Positions 44,285-53,742 of a DNA stretch of 64,000 bases are shown here, piece after piece. The notes below the pieces were generated by a model, which was not told where the DNA came from, searched no databases, and worked only from the letters and a program-made list of their open reading frames with translations. How positions within the stretch are numbered: the first letter of the stretch is position 1; every line of letters starts with the position of its first letter. The position numbers and the translations under genes are program-made. Origin of the DNA: Thermoanaerobaculia bacterium (GTDB lineage Bacteria > Acidobacteriota > Thermoanaerobaculia > UBA5066); NCBI GenBank assembly GCA_963816185.1, contig CAWFJJ010000030.1, forward strand, positions 384,001 to 448,000, in the 5' to 3' direction.

Positions 44285-46036
44285 TCAGTCCGAAGACGAA
44301 GAAGAAGAGAAAGACGAAGACTTCTTAGAAAGGTAAGAGGAGAGGAGGTCCCCCTTGACGACTTTCCCGTAGGGCGTGCGCGGGAGGCTCTCGACGAAGA
44401 CGAAATCCCGTGGGACCTTGTACTTCGCGAGGCGCGCCTCGACGAATGCGGCAAGCGCGCCGCCGCTTCGAAGAAATCCCCTTCGCCTTCCTCTTCCCCT
44501 TCAAGAAATCTTCTCTTCTCTTTCTTCTTTGCGGCGAACGACGAATGCGACGCCGACCTCTCCCCACTTCTCGTCCGGCACGCCGACGACCGCGACGTCC
44601 TTCACGCCCGCGTGCTGGAAGAGCACCCCTTCGACCTCGGCCGGATAGACGTTGACGCCGCCCGAGATGAACATGTCCTTCTTCCGGCCCGCGATCGTGT
44701 AGAAGCCGTCGGCGTCGCGCTTGGCGAGATCGCCCGTATGGAACCAGCCCTCCGCGTCGAGCGGCGGCGGCCGTGGCCTCGGGGTTCCGGAAATAGCCCT
44801 GGCAGACGTGAGGCCCGCGCAGGAGAAGCTCCCCGATCTCGTCCGTGCCCGCCTCGCGGCCGTCCTCGAGGAGGAGCCTCGCCTGAGTGAACATGAGCGG
44901 CTTGCCGATGGAGCCGGCCTTCCTCACGGATTCCTCGGCCGTCATCGCGAAACAGTTCACGCCCACTTCGGTCAGGCCGTAGCCCTGCTTCAGGACGACT
45001 CCTCGCGCCTGCCACGCCTCGATCAGATCGAGGGGCAGCGGAGCTCCCCCGCTGGCGAACCAGCGGACGCTCGAGAAGTCCGCGCCGGCGAATCCCTTCG
45101 CCTCGCGCAGCATCCGGAAGATCGTCGGAACGCCGAGCACGACGGTGCAGCGCTCGCGCGAGATGGTCGCGAGGATCTCTTCCGCGTCGAAGCCGGCGTG
45201 CAGCACGATGGTCCCGCCGATCGCGAAAATCGGCGTGAGGAACGCACCGAGCCCGCCTGCGTGGTAGAGCGGCGTGAAGATCGGGCTGACGTCGTCCTCG
45301 CGGAGCTGCCAGGAGACGGCGGTGTTCACCGCGTTCCATGCCACCATGCGGTGCGGCACCATCACGCCCTTCGGCTTGCCGGTCGTGCCCGAGGTATAGA
45401 GAAGGCAATAGAGATCCTCGGGCGACGGGACGAGAGAAGACGAAGATTCTGCAGCGGCGCCGGTAGGCGCCGCTGGAAGAGGAAGAGAGACGGAACAGAG
45501 GATTTCTTCGAAGGTGAATGAAGGAGAGTGCGCGCCCGCCGGCGGTGCGGTTGGCGCGGCCGGGGAGTCAAGTGCCGCGCCTTTCGAATCTCTTACCCTT
45601 CTAAGCAGGTCCTCTTCGGACCTCCCGGCGCGCTCCGCCGGCTCGTCGAGCGCGACGGGTTCCCGTGTTCCCCTTTTCTAAGCAAATCTCTGACCTTCTC
45701 TTCGAACCCGGCTCCGTAGATCAAGGCCTTCGGCTGCGCGTCTTCGAGGATTCCCGCAAGCTCCCCCGCCGTCTGCCGCGTGTTGAGCGGCACGAGCACG
45801 ATGCCCGTCTTGGCGCACGCGAAGAAGACGTCGAGGAACTCGACGCGGTTGTGGGCGAGAAGCGCGACCCGGTCGCCTTTCCTCAGGCCGAGGCCTTCGG
45901 TGAGCGCACGCGCCGCCGCTTTCGCGCGGGCATCCATCTCCGAGTAAGAGAACCGCCGCCCGGTTGCGACCTCGACGAGCGCCGTCTTGGACGGTGCGAG
46001 GCGCGAGCGCTCGCCGAGGACGTCGCCGGAAATCAC
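44285..46036 (-). CDS. Long-chain acyl-CoA/AMP ligase, interrupted as assembled (two frameshifts and an in-frame TGA)
   Basis: GTG 46036; YTSGTTGKPKG, QGYGLTE, WFHTGD, GRKKDMFISGGVNVYPAEVE, AKYKVPR, LPRTPYGKV. Frame changes at ~45670 and ~44765; TGA at 44501-44503. Confidence 0.85.
44319..44512. repeat. Motif cluster (locus H) in the acyl-CoA ligase 3' end
   Basis: GACTTCTTAGAAAGGTAA ... CGCTTCGAAGAAATCC ... CCCCTTCAAGAAATCTT, with a purine-rich left flank and pyrimidine-rich right flank. Confidence 0.75.
45501..45689. repeat. Motif cluster (locus I) in the acyl-CoA ligase
   Basis: GATTTCTTCGAAGGTGAATGA ... CTTACCCTTCTAAGCAG ... TCCCCTTTTCTAAGCAAATCT. Confidence 0.8.
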
Positions 46037-47007
46037 GGCGTCGGAGCCGCAGCGCGGGCGGGCGCGGCGACCGGCGGCGCCGAGACCGTCGGCGCCTGGA
46101 GGGGATCTTTGAGGACCTTCAGGAGCGCCTCCGTGAACCGGTCCGCACACTCGACTTGCGGGGCGTGACCGCAACGGTCGATCGTCGTGAGCCGCGCAGC
46201 GGGGAGCTGCGCGGCGAGGCGCTCGGCGTAAGCGATGGAGACGAGCTTGTCCGACGCGCCCCAGAGAAGGTCTACGGGCACGTCGAAGCCCGCGAGCTTC
46301 CCGTCGAGGAGGTACGCGCTCATGCTCTTCGATCCCGCCGCCAGCCGCCCGAGCGGCCCGGTCGCGGCGAGGCGGATGATGTCGTCGACGACGAAATCCG
46401 GAACCATCGGGGACGACGGGTCGCGCAGGGCCTGGAGCGTCCGGTCCGCCTCCGCGCGGTTCTTCGGCTGGAGCGTGAGGTCCGGCCGGTCGCCGAGGAG
46501 CGGCCCTCCGTTCACGAGAACGAGGTGCTCAACTCTCTCCTGGTGCTCGTTCGCCCACACGGTCGCAACCCAGGCGCCGAGCGAGTTCCCGACGAGCGTG
46601 ACCTTCCCGGCAGGGACCTCCCGCGCGAGGACGCCGTCGAGCCCCTGGAGGAGGACCCCGAGCGGCAGCGGACCGAGCGCCGGAGCGCTCTCGCCGTGAC
46701 CGGCGAGGTCGGGAACGATCAGAGTGAAGCTTCTCGCGAGGGACGGCGCCACGCCCGCCCACGTTCCCGCCTGGTCGCCCGCTCCGTGAAGCAGAACGAC
46801 CACGGGTCCGGAGCCGCCGCGGAAGACGCTTTGCAGCCCCACCGCCGACTCCACCTGGTGCTTCGAGCACCCCGCAGCCTCGAGACGGCGCCGGCCCCAC
46901 CATGCGAGCACGGCGATCGGCCTCTTCCAGAAGAGGATTCCGCCTGCCGCGACCAGGAGGACCACGAGAGCGACGGGTGCGAGGATGACCTTCGCGGCGC
47001 GCGACAC
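46033..47007 (-). CDS. Alpha/beta hydrolase with N-terminal membrane anchor
   Basis: LHGAG, PDLAGHG, GNSLG, WGASD, CGH. Confidence 0.9.
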   Translation of the reverse strand: MSRAAKVILAPVALVVLLVAAGGILFWKRPIAVLAWWGRRRLEAAGCSKHQVESAVGLQSVFRGGSGPVVVLLHGAGDQAGTWAGVAPSLARSFTLIVPDLAGHGESAPALGPLPLGVLLQGLDGVLAREVPAGKVTLVGNSLGAWVATVWANEHQERVEHLVLVNGGPLLGDRPDLTLQPKNRAEADRTLQALRDPSSPMVPDFVVDDIIRLAATGPLGRLAAGSKSMSAYLLDGKLAGFDVPVDLLWGASDKLVSIAYAERLAAQLPAARLTTIDRCGHAPQVECADRFTEALLKVLKDPLQAPTVSAPPVAAPARAAAPTP

Positions 47008-47020
47008 GATTCCCCGAAGA

Positions 47021-48025
47021 CTAGACCATGCGAAAGGCGGCGCCCGCCATGTTGTAGCCCACGCCGGACGCCACGAACACGACGAGGTCGCCGGGCCTGA
47101 CCTTCCCGGCGGCGCGGGCGTCGTCGAACGCCATCGCGACGCTCGCGGAGCCCGTGTAGCCCCACTTCTCCATCACCATGTGCGTCCTCTCCATCGGCAA
47201 GCCGAGATCCTTCATGACGAGCTCGATCGTCGGCTTTCGCACCTGCGTCAGGAGGAGCATGTCGATGTCGGAGACGGCAAAACCGCCGTCGGCGGCCATC
47301 TGGCGCACGAGCTTCGGCCAGCCCTCGTTGTTGAGCTCGGGCGGGTAGCGCTCGACGAGCTTGACCGTCGTTCGGCCTGCGCGCACCGCCTCTTCGCTCG
47401 CCGGCTCGGCCGTGCCGCCGGAGAAGATCGCCCAGTTGCGGTTGTACGACCCGTCCGCGCGGAAGCCCGACGCCACGAAGCCGGGTTCCCCGGAGGGCTC
47501 GAGCACGGCCGCGCCCGCGCCGTCCCCGAAGAAGAAGATCATCGGGTCCTTCGGGTCCGTGAGCTTGTGCATCATGTACGCGCCGATCGCGACGACCGTC
47601 TTGAGCGACTTGTTCGTCGCGATGAGACCGGCCGCCGTCGCGAGGCATGTCGGAAAGGACGCGCAAGCGCAGCCGACATCGAACGTCCCGGCGTTCTTCG
47701 CGCCGAGCTTGTGCTGGACGACGACCGACGTGGCGGGCGTGATGAAGTCCGGCGAGTCGGTGCCGAGGAGGATGAGGTCGACGTCGAGGGGCGTCTTCCC
47801 CGCCGCGTCGAGCGCCTTTCGTGCCGCCCGGACCGCGAGATCGGACGTCGCCCAGTCGGGTGGCGCATACCAGCGCGTCTTGATCCCGCTGCCGGCCTCC
47901 ATCTTGTCGACGAATTCGGGAACCGCCGCATCGAAGCGGGCCCGGAGCGCGTCGTTCGACACCTCGATCTCCGGCACGTAGGCGCCGGTCGACACGATGC
48001 GCGCGTGGCGGCCGTTCGCGGTCAA
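47021..48025 (-). CDS. FabH/KAS III-fold protein with atypical active site
   Basis: TTGA overlap; SGIKTR, DVGCACASF, FGDGAGA; TQV and GYT replace HQAN and GNT. Confidence 0.88.
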   Translation of the reverse strand: MTANGRHARIVSTGAYVPEIEVSNDALRARFDAAVPEFVDKMEAGSGIKTRWYAPPDWATSDLAVRAARKALDAAGKTPLDVDLILLGTDSPDFITPATSVVVQHKLGAKNAGTFDVGCACASFPTCLATAAGLIATNKSLKTVVAIGAYMMHKLTDPKDPMIFFFGDGAGAAVLEPSGEPGFVASGFRADGSYNRNWAIFSGGTAEPASEEAVRAGRTTVKLVERYPPELNNEGWPKLVRQMAADGGFAVSDIDMLLLTQVRKPTIELVMKDLGLPMERTHMVMEKWGYTGSASVAMAFDDARAAGKVRPGDLVVFVASGVGYNMAGAAFRMV

Positions 48026-48792
48026 GTCCCCACCACGAGCCCGCCGTCGACCGAGAGGGTCGTGCCGTGCACGAACGCAGCCGCGTCGGATGCGAGCCAG
48101 AAGTAGGCCTCGGCGATGTCTTCCGGCCTGCCCATCCGGCCCAGAGGCGTCCTCGCCACCATGCCCGCGATGACCTTCTCGGGCATGGCCTTCAGGATCT
48201 CCGTCGCGATGAAGCCCGGGGCCACGGCGTTCACGCGCACACCGAACTTTCCGAGCTCGCGCGCCCAGGTCCGCGTCATCGCGATGACGCCCGCTTTCGT
48301 GGCGGTGTAGTTCGTCTGGCCGAAGTTGCCGTAAAGGCCCACGACGGACGACGCGTTCACGACGACGCCCGCGCCCTGCCGGATCATCTGCGGAGCCGCG
48401 GCGCGAGTGCAGAGGAAGACCCCTTTGAGATTCACCGAGACGACCTTGTCGAAGTCGGCCTCCGACATGGTCGAGACGGGCGCCCCGTCCTTCCATTTCA
48501 CGAGCTGGGCGTCGCGGACGATGCCCGCGTTGTTCACGAGGACGTCGAGCCGCGAGAAGCGCGCGACGACTCCGGCCACGGCGCTCTCCACGCCCGCGGC
48601 GTCCGTGACGTCGACTCTGCGGCCTTCGGCGTCCGGCGCGCCCGCGGCCTTGAGCTCGTCGGTGAGCGCCGCAACGCCCTTTTCATCCACGTCCCAGGCG
48701 GACACGATCGCGCCGCCCCGCGCGAAACGGAGGGCCGTGGCGCGGCCGATGCCGGCCGCGCCGCCCGTGACGACGACGACGCGCGCGCTCAG
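48022..48792 (-). CDS. 3-oxoacyl-ACP/CoA reductase (FabG-like SDR)
   Basis: VTGGAAGIG, NNAGIVRD, GNFGQTNYTATK, VAPGFI. The only possible start before the Rossmann motif is CTG 48792. Confidence 0.92.
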   Translation of the reverse strand: MSARVVVVTGGAAGIGRATALRFARGGAIVSAWDVDEKGVAALTDELKAAGAPDAEGRRVDVTDAAGVESAVAGVVARFSRLDVLVNNAGIVRDAQLVKWKDGAPVSTMSEADFDKVVSVNLKGVFLCTRAAAPQMIRQGAGVVVNASSVVGLYGNFGQTNYTATKAGVIAMTRTWARELGKFGVRVNAVAPGFIATEILKAMPEKVIAGMVARTPLGRMGRPEDIAEAYFWLASDAAAFVHGTTLSVDGGLVVGT

Positions 48793-51587
48793 AACGACAC
48801 CCTCACGCCGAGCTGGACTTCACGCGACGGCAGCGTCGCCGAGAAGTTGCCGTAGTTGGGATTCGGCTTGTATGCGGCCGCCGGATTCGTGAGCGTCGGC
48901 CCGGAGATGAACTGCGCGTTGTCGATGCTCGTGACGTCGTAGTTCACGGTGTTGAAGAGGTTGAAGACTTCGGCGATGACGTCGACGCTGATCCCGGAGA
49001 GGGGCACCGCCTTGGCGACCCTGAGGTTCAGGCTGCTGTAGCGCGGCCCGTCCTGCCCGAAGCGGTCCACGCCCGGCAGGCGGTCGCCGGTCTTCCCGTC
49101 GCCGTTGAAGTCGTAGCCGAGCCGCTGCGTCCAGGGCTGGCCGGTGCCGTATTCGAAGACCGGCGCGACCGAGATCTGCCACGGCAGCCGGGCCACGCCC
49201 GACACCACGATGCGCACGCGCTCGTACGACCGGGCCCGCCCGTATTCGGCGTCCATGTTCGCCGGATCGCTCGGGTAGCCCGTCGGGAACTCGGGGCTGA
49301 AGTCGTCGTTCACGTTGTGCTTGCTCGCGAACGTGACCGACGCCGTGACGACGTGGCCGCCCCGGATGTTTCCGTTCAGGCTGAAGACCACGGCCTTGTA
49401 CTCGGACCGGCCGTCGTTCGTGTACTCGTTGACCTGGTCGTACGCCGTGATCGGGCGGATGTGCGTGGCGTTGCCGCTCCAGTTCACGTCGCGGACCGCG
49501 ATCTCGTCGCGGCCTTTCATGTAGACGCCCTCGACGTCCGCGAAAAGGCCCGTCCTCCCGAGGCGCGTCGTGAAGCCGAGAGTCGCCTGCGTGGACTGCG
49601 GCGCCTTCAGCTCGGGCGCGAGGAGCCCGATCGCGGGCTTGGACCTGATTCCGGTGTTCTGCGGGTTGTTTGGATCGAGCGTGAACTGCGGGAAGCCGAG
49701 CAGCGCTCCGTTCGCGTTCGTGTACGTGATGCGGCCCGTGATGCCGTTCTGCTGGAGCTCGGTGAAGAGCGGGACCAGCAGATAACGGCCCGTGAAGATT
49801 CCGGCGCCTCCGCGCGCGACGTACTGGCCGTTCCCGCCGATGTCGTACGAGAAGCCGAGGCGAGGCTGGATGTTCGTCGAATCCACCTTGCGCCCGTTGA
49901 TGCCGAGGACGGGCTGCTTGAAGTCCGGGTCGTTGGCGTTCGTGTCGAGGTCGTACCGCACCCCGAGACTCACGGAGAGGTTCGAGATCGGCTTCCAGTC
50001 GTCCTGAACGAACGCCGCGATCCGGTTCGTGTTCGCCGTGACGTCCGCGGAACCGACGCCGTAGAGGTACGCGAAGAGGAGGGCCTTCGTGTCCGTGAGG
50101 TAGTAGAAGAGCCCGGGCGAATAGACGTCGATGACGGACCGGTCCACGACGCGCTGGAACGCGGCGCCGATCTTCACGTCGTGCGTGCCCGTCTTGCCCC
50201 CGAGGTGGAGGTTGAACGTGTCGCGCAGCTCCCACTGGTCCCCGTCGCCGAGAAGGTCTCCGTAGAGGCTTCCGCCCGTCTGGAGCGTGTTGCCGCCCGA
50301 ATACCAGATGGTGGGAGACGTCGAGTTCGGGGGCTCGTCGTACTTGCGCTTCCCATACTGCGCGCGGAACTCGTTGACCGTCGTCGAGCCGAGGACCGCG
50401 GTGTCTCCGACGGTGATGTTGAGGTTGTCGCGGTTCAGCTCCTGCCCGTTCGACACGTCGGCCACGCCGCCGACGCGGAAGTTGTTCTCGCGATACCTTT
50501 CGTACTCGACCTTCGCCGTGAGCTGGTTCGAATCCGACAGCGTCTGGTCGATTCCCCCGTACGCGAGGGACTGGTGGAACGGGTGCTTGACGTCGGCGGC
50601 AAGCGACTTGAAAGCCCCTTGCGGCCTGAAGAGGATCGGCGTCGTGGAGTTGATCTGCTCGAACGACCCGAAGAAATGGGTTCGATCCATGACGATCGGT
50701 CCGCCCAGCGTGAAGCCGAACTGGTCGCGCTCGTAGGTGATGCTCGAGTCCTCCTCGAGGGCGCCTCGGGCGCGCAGCGAGTCGCCGCGGTAGAAACCGA
50801 AGAGCGACCCGGCGAACGTGTTCGTGCCGGTCTTCGTCAGGATCGACAGCGCGCCGCCCGACGAGCCGCCCACCTCGGCGTCGAAGCGGTTCGTCACGAC
50901 GCGGAACTCGGAGATCGCGTCCTGCGAGAACTTCGTCTTCGCGAGGCCGAGAGCGGGGTCCGTGAAGTCGACGCCGTCCACGAGGATCGTGGACTGGCTC
51001 GCGTTGCCGCCTCCGCCGATGACCGGGCCTCCCGACACGAAGCGGAACGCGCCGCGCTCGCGCTCGACGCCGGGCGCGATGAAGGCCAGCTTCTGGAAGT
51101 CGCGGTCGGGCGTCGGCAGGTCGCGGATCTGCTCGGGGGTGACGTTCGTGGAGGAGTCCGTCTTGTAGACGTCCACGAGCGGCACCGTCGCGACGACGCT
51201 CACCGTCTCGCTCCTCTTGCCCTGCAGCGTCGCGCTGACGCGCGCGCTCTGGCCGACGAGGAGGACGATGCCCTTCTGCTCGACGGTCTCGAAGCCCGCG
51301 AGCCTCACGGCGACGTCGTACGTGCCGGGCGGCAGCGCGGCGAAGGACGCGATGCCGGCGCCTCCCGTGACCCCCGTGCGCGTCAGGCCCGTCTCCGGGC
51401 GCTTCACCTCGACGGTGACCCCGGGCAGCGGCCCTCCTGCGCCGTCGACGGCCACGACGTCGAGCGTCGCAGTCGCCGTCTGAGCGGCGACGGGGGGCGC
51501 CGCGAGGAACGCCGCGACGACCAGGACCAGGACGGCGGCCGGCGCGAGAAATCTCTTCGTGCTCGCAAACCTCTTGCGATTCACCAT
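48789..51587 (-). CDS. TonB-dependent receptor (Oar-like, N-terminal carboxypeptidase-regulatory-like domain)
   Basis: Signal peptide, LPGVTV, LPPGTY, DAISEFRV, KTGTN, FVQDDWK, LGVRYD, PRLGFSYD, EVFNLFN, terminal F. Confidence 0.93.
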   Translation of the reverse strand: MVNRKRFASTKRFLAPAAVLVLVVAAFLAAPPVAAQTATATLDVVAVDGAGGPLPGVTVEVKRPETGLTRTGVTGGAGIASFAALPPGTYDVAVRLAGFETVEQKGIVLLVGQSARVSATLQGKRSETVSVVATVPLVDVYKTDSSTNVTPEQIRDLPTPDRDFQKLAFIAPGVERERGAFRFVSGGPVIGGGGNASQSTILVDGVDFTDPALGLAKTKFSQDAISEFRVVTNRFDAEVGGSSGGALSILTKTGTNTFAGSLFGFYRGDSLRARGALEEDSSITYERDQFGFTLGGPIVMDRTHFFGSFEQINSTTPILFRPQGAFKSLAADVKHPFHQSLAYGGIDQTLSDSNQLTAKVEYERYRENNFRVGGVADVSNGQELNRDNLNITVGDTAVLGSTTVNEFRAQYGKRKYDEPPNSTSPTIWYSGGNTLQTGGSLYGDLLGDGDQWELRDTFNLHLGGKTGTHDVKIGAAFQRVVDRSVIDVYSPGLFYYLTDTKALLFAYLYGVGSADVTANTNRIAAFVQDDWKPISNLSVSLGVRYDLDTNANDPDFKQPVLGINGRKVDSTNIQPRLGFSYDIGGNGQYVARGGAGIFTGRYLLVPLFTELQQNGITGRITYTNANGALLGFPQFTLDPNNPQNTGIRSKPAIGLLAPELKAPQSTQATLGFTTRLGRTGLFADVEGVYMKGRDEIAVRDVNWSGNATHIRPITAYDQVNEYTNDGRSEYKAVVFSLNGNIRGGHVVTASVTFASKHNVNDDFSPEFPTGYPSDPANMDAEYGRARSYERVRIVVSGVARLPWQISVAPVFEYGTGQPWTQRLGYDFNGDGKTGDRLPGVDRFGQDGPRYSSLNLRVAKAVPLSGISVDVIAEVFNLFNTVNYDVTSIDNAQFISGPTLTNPAAAYKPNPNYGNFSATLPSREVQLGVRVSF

Positions 51588-51624
51588 GTCGTCCTCCTCG
51601 TTGCCGCGTGTGCGGCAAGATCCC

Positions 51625-51675
51625 GAACAGTCGGTATGTTTTTGTAAACTAGCGCCGATCGCGCCAGGGTGTCAA
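51625..51675 (-). promoter_or_regulatory. sigma70 promoter and candidate TetR operator of the TonB receptor operon
   Basis: TTGACA (51670-75)-N18-TAGTTT (51646-51), followed by the dyad AACA-N7-TGTT (51626-51640). Confidence 0.6.
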
Positions 51676-51697
51676 GCGGAAGATGGGGAAAAGAGGA

Positions 51698-51868
51698 GAT
51701 TTCTTAGAAGGGGCATAGGGCGCGCCCGGCGGCGAGCCTCGAGGCGCCAGGTTCCCGGCGCGCCGCGCGTCTATTCACCTTCGAAGAAAAGGTGCCTCTC
51801 CCGGGCTCCTGAGCCTTCTCGCCGCGCTCGGGCCGCCCCCGCGTCCTATTCACCCTCTAAGAAAATCT
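51698..51868. repeat. Motif cluster (locus J), intergenic
   Basis: GATTTCTTAGAAGGGGCATAGG ... CTATTCACCTTCGAAGAAAA ... CTATTCACCCTCTAAGAAAATCT. Confidence 0.88.
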
Positions 51869-51879
51869 TCTCTCCTCTC

Positions 51880-53742
51880 TCACCGGCGGTCGCGCGCGCG
51901 GACCCGTCCCCTGTTCGCGAGCTTTTCGGTGAGCTGGAGATTCCGTCGGATCTGCTCGAGCATCTTCGCCTCGAGGCCGCGCCCGGCCGAGACGCGCGTG
52001 TCGCGTCGCTTCGCCCGCCCGAACGCCTGCCGCGCGGCGCGTGCGTCTCCGAGAGCGAGGTACGCGAGGCCGAGGTGCGTGAGAGAGGTCGGCGTCTCGC
52101 CGAGGTCCGTCGCGCGCCGCAGGCACTCCACGGCGCGGTCGTACTCGCGCCTCTTGTAGTGCACCCACCCCTTGGCCGCGAGCGGGAACTGCCGCATCTC
52201 CTTCGGCGAGAGCTTGAGCGAGAGGTCCGCGAGATCCAGCGCGGCGTCGAGGTCCTCTCCCATCTCCGCGAGCGCCGTGGCCCGCTGAAAGTACGCGATC
52301 GAGCGCGCATAGTTGGATTTCACGGCCCCGAGCATCTCCTCGGCGACGCGGCTTCCCTCGCGGAACTTGCCCTGGGCCTTGAGAGCCTCGAGAAGCGTCG
52401 TGTACGCGGCGGCGGCGACCATCTCGCCCGGCGCGCGGGAGAGGACGCGTCGCGTCGTGGCGACCGCGTCGGACGTCTTACCCACGGCCGAGCACAGGAG
52501 CGCATGCGCGATGAGGAGCGTGGGGTTCTCCGGGTCGAGCTTCAGCGCGCGGCGGTAGAGCGCCATCGCCTTCTGCGGGTCGCGCCCCGCGGCGGCCTCG
52601 GCCCTGCGGGCGAGCTGGGCCGCCTCCCCGGTCACCTTCGGGAGCGCCCGCGCCCCGGAGGGCGCGAGGAGCTTCGACGCCTCCTGGTACTCGATGCGGT
52701 TCGGGTTCAGCTCGAGCGCCGACTGGAACCGTTCGGCCGCCTTCTGCGTCCATCCGCGGTCGAGATAGCAGAGGCCGAGCTGGTAGAGCGCGTCCTCGTC
52801 GTCGGGATCCAGGCGAACAGCCTTCTGAAACGCCTCGATCGCCTCGGTGAGCCGGCCGCGCTCGTACGCGATCGTGCCGAGGAGCGAAAACGCCTGCGCG
52901 TTCTCGTCGAGCGTGACCGCCTTCTTCAGGAACGTCTCCGCGCGCGCGAGCTGGCCCTGGAGCGCGTAGAGCGCGCCGAGCGTGAAGTGAGGCAGGAAGG
53001 CGTCCGGCCGGACCGCGACCGCCTCCTTGAGGACCTCGAGCGCGCGATCCGTGCGGCCCGCCTCGTTCTCGAGGACTCCCACGTACACGAGCGCGTCGAA
53101 GTGCCTCGGCTCCTTCGCGAGAACGGCGTGCAGCATCGCGGCCGCGCGGTCCGTCTCCCCCTCGTTGAAGTACGTCTCGCCCAGAAAGAACGCGAGGTCG
53201 GCGTTCCCTTTGTCCAGCCGGTACGCCTCCTCGAGCACCTTCAACGCCTTGTCCGGGTCGAGCGCGTAGAACGCGAACTCGGCGTCGGTGAGGAGCGCCT
53301 TGAAGCGCTCCCGCCGTTCGCCCGAGAAGCCGCCGAGCATCCGCTCCTTGCGCTCGAGGAAGCGCTCGCGCTTCTCCATCGCGGTCATGTGGTGGTCGAC
53401 GCGCGTCTCCCAGAGGTCGAGCAGCTCCTCCTCGACGAGGAGACCCTTCCTCTCGAGGAGGTCCTTGAGAGCCAGGAGCCCGGTCTGGGCGACGAAGCCG
53501 TTCTTCTCCTGCCGGTTCAGAGCGTCGAGGAGCATCTTCAGCGTCTCGGCGCTTCGCTTGACGATCTCCTCGAGGATGCTGACGCGCTCGAGGAGGTGCT
53601 CGTCCATCGAGACGCCCTCCTCCTGCGGCGTCCCTTCCTCGTACGCCTCGGAGGCTCCCGAGACGACGAGGAGCTTGCTCTGGCACCTGAGGCAGTACTC
53701 GCGATCGAGCTCGTTCGTCGCCCCGCAGACCTGGCAGATCAA
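51880..53742 (-). CDS. Tetratricopeptide repeat protein with N-terminal zinc ribbon
   Basis: TTGA overlap; CQVCG..N.....CLRC, a coiled segment, then multiple TPRs. Confidence 0.88.
   Translation of the reverse strand: MICQVCGATNELDREYCLRCQSKLLVVSGASEAYEEGTPQEEGVSMDEHLLERVSILEEIVKRSAETLKMLLDALNRQEKNGFVAQTGLLALKDLLERKGLLVEEELLDLWETRVDHHMTAMEKRERFLERKERMLGGFSGERRERFKALLTDAEFAFYALDPDKALKVLEEAYRLDKGNADLAFFLGETYFNEGETDRAAAMLHAVLAKEPRHFDALVYVGVLENEAGRTDRALEVLKEAVAVRPDAFLPHFTLGALYALQGQLARAETFLKKAVTLDENAQAFSLLGTIAYERGRLTEAIEAFQKAVRLDPDDEDALYQLGLCYLDRGWTQKAAERFQSALELNPNRIEYQEASKLLAPSGARALPKVTGEAAQLARRAEAAAGRDPQKAMALYRRALKLDPENPTLLIAHALLCSAVGKTSDAVATTRRVLSRAPGEMVAAAAYTTLLEALKAQGKFREGSRVAEEMLGAVKSNYARSIAYFQRATALAEMGEDLDAALDLADLSLKLSPKEMRQFPLAAKGWVHYKRREYDRAVECLRRATDLGETPTSLTHLGLAYLALGDARAARQAFGRAKRRDTRVSAGRGLEAKMLEQIRRNLQLTEKLANRGRVRARDRR

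Noticed and set aside
51601-51618. Hairpin TTGCCGC-GTGT-GCGGCAA in the TonB receptor leader as a riboswitch
   Set aside because: The leader is only ~50 nt and has no recognisable aptamer; at most a simple stem or second operator.
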